This document shows, one piece after another, positions 53,841 through 64,000 of a DNA stretch of 64,000 nucleotides. Origin of the DNA: Eledone cirrhosa (Eukaryota). The first letter of the stretch is position 1; each line of letters starts with the position of its first letter. The notes under the pieces were generated by a model. The model had not been told where the DNA came from and did not search any database. It saw only the letters and a program-made list of their open reading frames with translations. The stretch spans positions 496,001 through 560,000 of the forward strand of contig OZ024750.1 in NCBI GenBank assembly GCA_964016885.1. Direction: 5' to 3'. Both the position numbers and the translations under genes were made by a program.

Positions 53841-54159
53841 GGCTTTGAAACAGCAAATACAGCTATTCAAATCAACAAACACTAACAATTAAACAAATAA
53901 TTATTTCTAACATGTAACAATGAATGAAACATAAAAAATTCATAAATCAGCCGATTTAGTCGGCAGATGATTTTAAATGAAAACGTGCGTGAGAGTTTGT
54001 TGATGTTTTCTTTTTGACGTTCCTGTACTTTCCAGATATAAATAACGAATGTAAAGAAATCATACATAAATTTACGGAAGTATTGCGAGAGAAAAAAGAA
54101 TAGGTAACTAAAAATAGAAAGGAGTAAATCAAGTTCAAAATATAACCCACGGTAGGCAT

Positions 54160-54280
54160 AGAGTGCGCGAATAACGATTTCAAAGTGGGTTTAGGTCAGA
54201 CTAACGAAGGCTCGACGACATTTTTGATTGGTCAGGTCAGACGAACGAAGGCCCGACGACACTTTTGATTGGTCAGGTTG
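54160..54280 (-). promoter_or_regulatory. Putative SAPCD2 promoter: two CCAAT boxes and a CHR (TTTGAA)
   Basis: Minus-strand CCAAT at 54272-54268 and 54231-54227 inside a 41-bp direct repeat; TTTGAA at 54184-54179; locally CpG-rich. Confidence 0.55.
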
Positions 54281-55382
54281 TTTGGTTAATTTGGCTGTAT
54301 GAGCAAAACAAAATTATGAGCGGAACAAACGAAACGAGAGATTTAAATTAATTCAATTAAAAAATATCTAAGCATACAATTTTTTGCGTTGTTTTTATAA
54401 TGTAACTGTTTTCTTTACATTTCTTTAAAGAAATTAAGAAACATATATTTATATTTTATTATCCAACTGTTAATTAACAATGTTTTAAGGTAAGAAATCA
54501 AAAAGTGCAAAAGAAAACAAATCAATAAAAACTGTCGGATCGTTGGTCACATTTATTAATTTTAGACTCTCAGTACGTCAAGAGGCAGTGTAATTGTAAT
54601 GAAGCAGTTTGTCAAACGATTTCTTTGATACTTAGATAAAAATACACTTGAGAAAAGCAGATTCTTAAAAAAGTACCGTTTTGTATAATTTTAAAAAAAT
54701 CATTATAAATAATAAAATAGAAATAAAAAAGTATCTTTTCAAAGTTTTTATGTAACTTTATCACATATCTTATTTACGCCGTGAAAGTTTCCCTTCCTCT
54801 TTCTCTCTTTATTTCATTCATATATTATCAATTTCTTATACTGGCTCAAGGACACACTATTATAAGGAAAGGCTACGATCAATTGTATCAATACAGAATG
54901 TAATATATACTATTTATAGTTAACAAAACCACAAGAGATGAAAAGTACGTCCGTCTCGGAGGGATTTGAACATCAATTTGTTGTTTAAAGGATTATTCGT
55001 CGTATTCATGTCAACTAATAAAATATTTGTATCTTCATCAAAGAACACTGGATTAATCGCTGAAATATAAAGATTATTGTTAAATAATGTACTCTCTCTT
55101 TCTCTCATTTCCTCTCACCCCCACTACTCTGGAAGAATTGGTCGTGTTCCAACCTGGAAAGTGAGATCGGTGTTAATATTCACCTATTCACCTTCAAAGT
55201 GAAACTGGTTTAATATTCAACTCCAAAGCAAAAATATTTTAGCTCCTCTTGAACTTGGTAAAAAAAATGGCAAAATATTGATCTTGAATATAACCGACCC
55301 CACCCCCATTTTACCATCGGTTTTGTGTGTGTGTGTGTGGGGGGGGGGGGGGTCACATATTTCTTGGCTTGGGGTATATATG

Positions 55383-55575
55383 GTAATTCCTTGGCAGATT
55401 CATCCACAACAATGCCTATCTCATAAAATACAACAGAGAATGTGAGTACTTTGGTAGGGTGCTGATCAATTTGGATCAATTGGAAGCTTTTAGTGGAGTT
55501 CAAACATGGCAGCTGTTCTCAGAGCAGTCAAATTTGGTCATGATTTCAGAATTTGACATCTTGTTGGTTAAATAA
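55383..55575 (+). pseudogene. Old Tx1/L1-type RT fragment
   Basis: GRFIHNNAYLIKY...GRVLINLDQLEAFSGV...AAVLRAVKFG aligns with DRSIHDNLHLMRY...GGSLINLDQSKAFDRV...AAVLRATGFG of the element downstream. Confidence 0.7.
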
Positions 55576-56032
55576 TCTCCTATTGGGATTGTTTTGATTT
55601 CCAATCTAGGTCTCACTCAACTCTGTACTGACACGACTACTGCTGTGATACTAGAGGCAGGAAAAATCTATTTGAACTGAGAAACTGGAGAGAATCATAC
55701 TGTCATATGAAGACATCACAATAATGAACTAGTTAAGTTGCTTGAGGTCTGTCTTGGTTGGGACTTCCAGGTGGAATTGAGATGAAGTTATCAGCAGTGT
55801 AGTCACTCCAACCTAGAAATGGGATAAAAGGTTGAACAGAGGTGGTGAATGTGTACATTGCCTCTGTTATATATTACTGCTTGACCATTGTACCTTATCC
55901 CAGTTCTCATCTGACCAGATCAGAGAGAGTTAACCAGGGTTGTTGTACAAGGTTTTCCCTATTGGGAAACTTTCCTAGTTGACTTGTTTTTATATTGTTA
56001 TCATTACTTTTTATTGCCATTACTGTTATTGT

Positions 56033-56235
56033 TACAGGAGTGTGGGCTGAAAAGTCCATAGTTGACTATGAAGGAGTGATGCTAGAGCTATGAAATCTTG
56101 GATACAGCAATTTCAATTCTTCTTATTAATAACTGCATTGTTTCTTTCCAGGGACTATGTTGAAAAATAAACCTCATTCGGTCATTCCATGAGAGTATCT
56201 TGGTCAGCCTATGAACCTTTCAGTCGACCCTTGTA
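56033..56235 (+). mobile_element. Mariner-derived MITE
   Basis: Same family as 8892-9072. Confidence 0.85.
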
Positions 56236-56357
56236 TCTATTGTTTTCCCATGCCTAATGTCCCCTTCTCTGTAATCGATGTAAACCCTATTTTGAACTAT
56301 CAACATTACATGTAGTTGCAGCCAACAAAAAAAAACCACCACCACCTCCACCATCAC

Positions 56358-56391
<34 letters not shown>

Positions 56392-59300
56392 GGCGACCTA
56401 CATAGTAAATCGTATCATCGTGAGCTCCGCAAAGGTTTGTTGTTTTCGTTTGTTTAAAATTGCCATTTATGGAAAATTTTTATTGTTAACTGTATATAAG
56501 TGCACATACATTGTTTTCCGAAAAGGACACTCAAAAAGATTGGGGCCTTGAGCCCAAAATTTAAACTTTTATAATTATCAAAAAAAAACTTTCTTCGAAA
56601 AAAACATGGACTCACAGCCACATGAAGCTGACAGCCTTCCTCACAAACTAACACCTCACTCTGACACCACCATTGTAAATATTACTACGTTTGCCAACAC
56701 TAAAAATATAAGCAGTAGCAATATTTTAAATTTGTCTCAGGCAGATATTCATTTCCTGCCATTACCAATGACTGCAAGTGTAAAAGCCGCCACCACCACC
56801 ACCACCGCGACAACCACCACCCCACCACCACCGTGACAACAGAAACAAAAGAAAAAAATAAATTAACTCGTGATATTGAAATGAATTCAACCAAAATGAA
56901 CTCTTCCACACCGAACTCTACTGACGCCACCACCACCACAACTGAAACTAAAATTAATAATAACAAAAATAACGATAACAACAACAGCAACAATGAAATT
57001 AAGAAAACCACCCTGAGTTTTGCCAGAGTAGCAAAACAGTGCGAAGCATTTCAGGTAACTCAGGAGGAATTAGAAGAAGCCAAAAAAATGGTAAAGAAAG
57101 ATGGGTACAGGGTCAGCCCCCCCCCCCCACCTAATAAAATGGAGCATCGGCGCCTATGCACCGTGTCTTATCAAACAATTAATATAAAATCGCGCCGAGT
57201 GGAACGGGCATCCGAGTCCCAAATCCAAAAAGCTTTGGGACATGTGTGGGCAAAAAAAACCTACATCAGATGTGGGCAGAAATATGGAACCGTGGACATG
57301 TTCTTTGAAACACCACAGGAGGCTAGAGAACACTCTATGGCCTCATTAAGAAGTGACGACTTCACACTAGTCCCAAGCTATTGTGGCCAGAGACTCGTAA
57401 AGATCAGGGTCACCCATGTTCCACCGGCCATCGAAATTCCCTGGCTAATAGCTGCCGTCCTCGCCGGCATCGAAGCCAACACCAAGATAATCGAATAATC
57501 GAAATAGCGAAAGAAAAGCAGGAGAACTGGTCCGGATCTGGGATGGAGCTCCTGTTCCAAGTGGACCAAAAAAGCATTGAGGAGATCCCAGAGGTAATAG
57601 GCCTCACTGACGGCAGCCACCTCACCGTAATTGTCGAGGGCAGAAGGCCTAGGTGTGTCGTTTGTGGTGAAGGAACCCACTTAAGGGCTTTCTGCCCTCA
57701 GGCTAAAAGGTTGAGGCCACCTCTCCTACCCACCCCAGTGACTCAACCATCAACACCACCAGCAGCAGAGATGGCAGCAACAACTGTAGCAGCAACAACA
57801 GAAGCAACTGTAACAGCAACAACCCCAGCAACAGTAGCAAAACCAACACCACCACCACCCAACGCGCCAGAACTAGCACCAGCGCCTACACCATCCACCA
57901 CGCCACAACCAAAACTAATGCCTGTGGAGGATTTTCCACTCCCCGGCCTATCACAACTGGAGACAGATTGTGACGACGAGGAGTGGGAAACGGTATCAGG
58001 AAAAAAGAAAAAAAGAAACCAAAAAAGAAAAAATTCTCTTCCTTCCCCCTCCAAAAACAAAATACAGAGGGAAACAAATAAACTATCAAACAAAAAAGTT
58101 AGGACAGATATGCCACCATCCACACCAGCATCACCAACCCCATCACCCAAAACACCAACACCATCACCATCATTAACCCCAACACCACCATCACCTACAC
58201 CACAAAAGTCACCAAAAAGCGAAACAGAAACAAACCCACAACGAACACAAACAAAACAAAACAACCAAAACGATACACACTACACAGCATTAAATTTGAA
58301 CAACAACCAATTATTACACTACATCCAACACAACACCAGCATCACAGAAAAAGACTACACAACAACCCAAAAGTTCACACCACCTCCACTCAGAATAGGC
58401 AGCATAAATGCACGTGGCTTGGGGTCGTCATGGAAGCAGGGCCACCTGCTCAATGACCTCAGGTCACTAAACATAGATGTAGTGGCCATCAGCGAGACCA
58501 GAATCTCCGAAGCACGGGCCTTCGCACCGATCTTCAGCGGCTACGATGTGGGAGTTGCTGTGCTTTTTCGGAGAGGTTTGGATCTCGCCATACGGGCCAT
58601 CTTCCTGGACCCAGAAGATAAGTTGGTGGTACTGGACATGACCAGCGGAGACGGACAAGCTTTCAGGCTAGTGGCCGTCTATGCCCCGACAGGAGCAGGG
58701 CGCCCTTTTTTCTTCCGGCGTCTGGAGACCTTTCTTGGAACGTCCCGCTCTTTAGTGTTAGTGGGCGACTGGAACGGGATCTTAGATGCACGCTGGGACT
58801 GTGTGGGATTAGCGGATAGGGGAGGAGGGTGCAAGAGTCTCACCAACCTGCTCAGGCGTTTTGAACTGTCTGACAGTTACCGATTGGATTTCCCGAATGT
58901 GACAATGTGGACTTGGACAAATCGCATAGGGTCATCCAGATCATATCTAGATAGAGTATTTTGTAGGGAAATAGATAGGTCTAGCATAGGCTGTCCACAA
59001 TTCAAGATAGTCAGCTACATGGACCACAAATTCGTGATCTGTGTGCTTGACTTAGATAGGCTTCATAGACGAGGACCCGGCTACTGGAAGCTAAACACGT
59101 CCTTACCAGCGCGCAAGGCCTACAGAGACCGGATTAGCAAACTAGTTAAGTGGGCGTTGACGGGGGTCATCGTTAACAACAAGTGGTGGTTTACTCTGAA
59201 AAGAGCAATTAGAATAGAGTCCATTAGGTTTAGTAAGGCTTTAGCAATAGAGAAAAATAGAGCAGAGGGAGAATTAGTTAGAAAATTAGACGAGGCGCTT

Positions 59301-61962
59301 AGCAAAGGCATCGCGACCGACGTACTTGCGGCGAAATTGGCCCTTGACCAATTCTTCAATGCAAAGCACGAAGGCTGCGTTGTCAAAGCTAGGGTGCGTG
59401 CTCTCAGACACGAGGGGACGAAAGCCGTTCAATGGGCCCGAGTGGAGGAGGTGCCTCGTGGCAACAAAGCCACGATCCGGTCTTTGGTGGACCACGATGG
59501 CCGCATGCTATTAGATCCCGGGCAAATGTGTGAAGCTTTCCAGCGACACTTCGCCCAGCTGTTCGGGGGCAGCGGCGGGCCGAATCGAGGGATGGACTTT
59601 AGTGTCTACCTCGACGGACTGCCACGGCTCTCGGCCACTGAGGCGAAGTGTTACGAAAAGCCGATAACAGCCGCTGAAGTACGGGAGGCAATGACTGGCT
59701 GCACAAGGGGTAAATCGCCTGGTTTGGATGGTCTGCCCTATGAACTTTACGTACAAATGCCAGACTTGTTCGGAGGCCTCTTGGCGGACGTCTACTGCAA
59801 CTGGCAACAGAATGGGAGAATTCCCAGCTCTGTGAGCCGAGGAGCGGTGGTGCTGCTGAGAAAGGATCCGAACAAGGGGGATAACATAGATAATTTCAGG
59901 CCCATAACTCTGCTAAACACAGAGTTCAAGATTTTGGCCAAGGTGCTAGCAAAGAGGTTGGCGCTTGTCGTTGGTGGTCTGGTGGGAGAGGCGCAGACAT
60001 GCGCCATTCCCGACAGATCCATCCACGACAACCTCCACCTCATGCGATACATCGTAGAGAGGGTAGCTAGGGAACCTGGCACGGGTGGGTCCTTGATCAA
60101 TTTAGATCAGTCGAAAGCTTTCGATAGGGTCGACCATCGTTACCTAGCGGCAGTCCTGAGGGCGACTGGCTTTGGGCCCGTCTTCAGAGGCTGGATCGCT
60201 GCCATGCACAGCGACATCTGCTCTGTGGTGAGAGTGAACGATCACCTTTCGGAACCATTCAACATCATGCGCTCGGTCCGCCAAGGATGTACCCTCTCGT
60301 TCCTCTTGTACGTATTGACTCTCGAGCCATTACTGCACAAACTGGAGACGTTGAGGGGCATCCCACGCGAACTAGGATGCGGAAGATCCGTGTCAGCATA
60401 TGCGGACGATGTCACCGTAGTGGTGTCGAACGCCAAACACATCGAGGCGATCGGCACTACACTAAGAGAATACGAAGCGGTGACAGGAGCAATGATCAAC
60501 CAGGAAAAATCAGTGGGCCTGCAGCTCGGCACCTGGAGAGGCAAGTCCATGCCGTTCAACAGCATCGTCGGGTGCTGGACAGACAGACCGGTTAAATTGC
60601 TAGGGGTCTGGTTCGGTCCGGACCTCCAGACGGACAAAAACTGGGACAAGGTGACAAGCAGGGTGGCTTCTCTCACCCAGAAATGGGCGGAGAGGAAGCT
60701 ATCCCTGAAAGGTCGAGCGGAGGTGGCTAACGCGTACATCGCGTCCGTCATCTACTACCGCCTGACCGTCGTACCTTGTCCTAAGCCCCGCCTGACTGAG
60801 CTGGAGCGTTTGCTCTTTCGCTTTTTGTGGAAGGGACGCGCTCCGATGGTCAGGCGGTCCATCTGCTGTCAACACCCGCTCAGGCTACGACATCTCCACC
60901 TCTTCCTCGACGGTGATCAGGTGTGGTCACCGTTTGCTAGACACGTCTTTCCCCAGCTCGTCTCCTTGATGGAGCTGCAGTCCTGGGTCAAGCGAAGACC
61001 GAGAGGGAGCGCTTGGAGACTGGAATGTCTTCAGGCGCTCACAGCCCTCGACCAATCGGGCAATGTGATCGGTGGAAACTCCACCTTGGCGTTCTATAGA
61101 GGATTAGTGGAGGGGAAGAGCGACGACGTACTTGGAGAAACTCTAGGCGTCGACGAAAATCAACTAGCCAATCTCTTCGGACGGACTTTCGGGCCGGGGC
61201 CTATGGACAACTTCCAGAAATCCCTGGCCTGGCAGTGCTACCGGGGAGCTTTGCCAGTTCGGGATAAACTCTACAGGCATGGAGGTGCCGTCAGCCGGGC
61301 ATGTCCGAGATGTGCGCAGGGCGACGAAACCGTCCTGCACGCACTCGTCCAGTGTCCGAGCATTGCTGACTTGTGGGTTTATGTCGAACACCTGCTGTCA
61401 CGTGTAGGACGGATCCAGCTATCAGCTGAGTCCATCGTGAGGATTGCTCCGCCCTCTTCCTTTAGCCGGGAAGGGCAGGCAGTTTTTATCTATCTGGTGG
61501 CCATGGCAAAAGAGATAGTATGGTGGACACGTTTGAAAGGGCTGAAGATGAGCACTTACCTCTTCGGTGATGCCCTGATTAACTTTTTCAAATTTCATTT
61601 GAAAAGGAAAATCAGGGTAGAGAGGGAAGTGCCCTCTTCCCAGCATTTTGTTGAAAGATGGGTGAGAGAAGCAAGTATGGCCCGAGTGAATGGGCCTACT
61701 CTGAGTATGTGTCTGTAAATTAAAGGTGGAAAACTGGGAGAGGGCACTTGCCCTGGTGGTCAGGGTCACTGTGGTCTTTTAATGGGCTTTCTCCACAAAT
61801 GTCCCTCGGAAGTCTCCCCCCTATTGGGGAATTTTTCTTTGTTATTTTATTACATCCTCTGTTTTTTTTTACACGCAGAAATGCCCATTTGTACCATCCT
61901 GTATTGTCCTGTACTGTCCTTAATGTCTACTTTATGTAAACCCTTGTGGTTACTAAAGAAAA

Positions 61963-61963
<1 letters not shown>
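56392..61963 (+). mobile_element. Near full-length Tx1/L1-clade non-LTR retrotransposon inserted in (ATT)n
   Basis: (ATT)11 at 56359-56391 and (ATT)10 at 61964-61993; gag-like region, APE endonuclease, RT and C-terminal zinc finger. Confidence 0.92.
56606..61718 (+). pseudogene. Tx1-like polyprotein (gag-like/CCHC - APE EN - RT - CCHC) with two frameshifts
   Basis: CVVCGEGTHLRAFC knuckle 57654-57695; EN from about 58389 (SINARGL, ISETR, VYAP, GDWN, YLDR, DH); RT (KSPGLDG, FRPITLLN, KAFDRV, RQG, YADD 60399-60410); CPRC..H..C 61302-61355. Frameshifts at about 56820 and 57487-57502. Confidence 0.88.
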
Positions 61964-61996
<33 letters not shown>

Positions 61997-62531
61997 AACA
62001 GAGTTTCGGCTTGTCTTAATAAATCCAGAAATAAGATTTAGCTGCAATAAGATTTTGATAATCTGAAAATCTTTGGCTGGAGGCCAAATAGCCATAAGAC
62101 AGCAACATAAATCACTTAAGTACAGATGTCAGGATAGATTTGTGTAAAACCAAAACTATAAACTTTCTTCTCAAAATAAGATAGAAAAATTATTTATAAC
62201 AATTTTAATGAAGTTATAAATGTATTTATTATTAATGTTTGTGGTTCGGTTTATAGAAACATTGTCACCATGTGTGTATGTGTGTGTGTATGTGTGTCTG
62301 TGTGTGTATGTGTGTATGTGTATAATGTCAGCATGGAAAACAGACATAAGATTGATGATGATATATATAATTAGTTACAACAGTAATATATACAGGTACT
62401 TAAGTTTCGTTGGTTATGCACCCCGACTCATTCAGCCTCTTTTGGGAAGATTATCTGAGAGCTCATCTCCATGATTTGTTGTCTCTTTGGTCTCAGCACC
62501 ACAGACTCCCTTTCTCTCTCTCTATAGTGTG

Positions 62532-62575
<44 letters not shown>

Positions 62576-62845
62576 GTCAGCATGTACAACTTATTCTAGT
62601 TGCCACAGTAAATATTTGCCTGATGAAAAGAGCAAAGAATGTGGTAAAATGGATCACAGCAAAAATATTCTGTTTTAAGTGGTGAGAAATGTCATTGAAA
62701 ATGTCTTGTTCTTGATAAGAAGGGGTGGGGTGTATAACAACAGTTGACAGATATCTCAATAATGTCTGAAATATTTACAACCAAACAACCAACCAATTCA
62801 CTATGGAGATATTTAAAGACATGTTATATACATAGATTGATATTA

Positions 62846-63062
62846 CATGAGGAAAGGCTGAAAGGTTCATAGGTGGAAAGTTCATAGGCTGACTAAGATA
62901 CTCTCATGGAATGACCTAATGAGGTTTATTTTTCAACATACTTCCTGGAAAGAAACAATACAGTTATTTATAAGAAGAGTTGAAATTAATGCATGCAAGA
63001 TTTCACGGCTCTAGCATCACTCCCTCATTGTCAGCCTGTGAACTTTTCAGTCAACCCTTGTA
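62846..63062 (-). mobile_element. Mariner-derived MITE (reverse orientation)
   Basis: Reverse complement of the family consensus. Confidence 0.85.
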
Positions 63063-63569
63063 GCAGCCAAACTTCAGACAAATTGTATTTTAAGTATGGA
63101 AATAACACATTGAATAATGTAATCTTCAATAAACTCCTAAAAAGATGGGGTGGTCACAGCTGGAATGTCTTTGATAATAGGTCTTCTTGAGTTAATATGG
63201 GGCTACACAACAACAACAAAATTAAGAGATCTGAGAAAGTTAATTGTAATTTCGAAAGAATTACGTCTAGTGCTGACATCTACAGGAGATATGTGATATT
63301 TCACTAAATTGAAGCAATAAAGGGAATTAATAAATGGCAGTAACAGGAAACAAGTATAATGTCAACTGCCAACAGGATTTAATGTTTCACCAATTCTCTT
63401 TACTTCAATGTCTTATATATTAGATCAGGCGTAGATTTTTGTTGTGACGTCTACAATATCTTTCAATTTAACTCTTCTTTTGTTTCATTTAATGACAGTA
63501 TTTCTCTTTGCACAGTAACTTAATTTTTAAGGTCTTACTTTAGTTACCAACCCAACCCCCAGGACATAA

Positions 63570-63700
63570 CTGGTAGTTTATTACATTGACCCCTAGGACG
63601 TTACTAGTACTTTATTTTATTGACCCCCGTAACTTTGGCACGATTTGACTTCAGAACGTAACTCTATACTGCAAAACATGGTGTCCGACCCTCTACTGAT
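63570..63700 (-). mobile_element. tRNA-SINE family A fragment
   Basis: tagtactttattttattgacccc...gatttgacttcagaa...catggtgtccgaccctctactgat. Confidence 0.65.
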
Positions 63701-63724
63701 ATAGAATAATAAATAATAATAATA

Positions 63725-63850
63725 ATGCTGGGAACAGCAAGAACCCTCCAAAACGTCCTGAATATCTGAGGCTGTAGGTAGCGGCTTTATGTTCATTTGA
63801 ACAAACTTTCCAGTTAAATAACATCAATGACTGAGACTCCAAGAATAATA
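63725..63850 (+). mobile_element. 3' stub of an RLE (R4/Dong-like) non-LTR element after (TAA)n
   Basis: MLGTARTLQNVLNI* resembles the terminal LLGTARILRxVL motif; preceded by (taa)n and followed by aataataat. Confidence 0.55.
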
Positions 63851-64000
63851 ATATTTATAATACTTATTTTGTTTAGTTCTATTATTAATGTCATATTTAT
63901 CATTTGTCATTTTATCTGTCTATCATTAAATGATAACAACTGTTGCAACAAACAACACATTCAGTTATGTCACCAATAACAACTGTTGTAACAAACAACA

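Noticed and set aside
53841-53888. ORF-track N-terminal extension of exon 1 (MLVFVDLN...)
   Set aside because: Starts at a non-ATG codon; the first ATG with good context is 53840.
57381-57500. GTG start of the 1445-aa ORF, or a programmed frameshift
   Set aside because: Better explained by an 8-bp tandem duplication breaking a longer frame.

Overview
AT-rich, repeat-dense metazoan DNA. The SINE/MITE/RTE repertoire and (TA)n load suggest a cephalopod such as Octopus; this is inference, not verified. Most ORFs in the supplied track are microsatellite or minisatellite artefacts. One host gene is reconstructed by hand: a 6-exon SAPCD2-like gene on the minus strand (CDS 53840->11257, about 601 aa). 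It has a 31.6-kb first intron, a GC-AG fifth intron and a CCAAT/CCAAT/CHR-type promoter. Upstream lies a near full-length Tx1/L1-clade LINE (56392-61963) inside an (ATT)n tract, with gag-like and EN-RT regions apparently in one frame. The rest is RTE, R4/Dong-like, Tx1 and mariner fragments, tRNA-SINEs, mariner/piggyBac/hAT/pogo-type MITEs and many minisatellites. The most interesting signal is non-coding: type I hammerhead ribozyme (HHR) folds at six loci, plus two relics. Several sit in long perfect palindromes embedded in (TA)n, an architecture expected of Penelope-like elements or retrozymes, and two share a compensatory U3-A8 core variant. All folds were read by eye and none has been tested.
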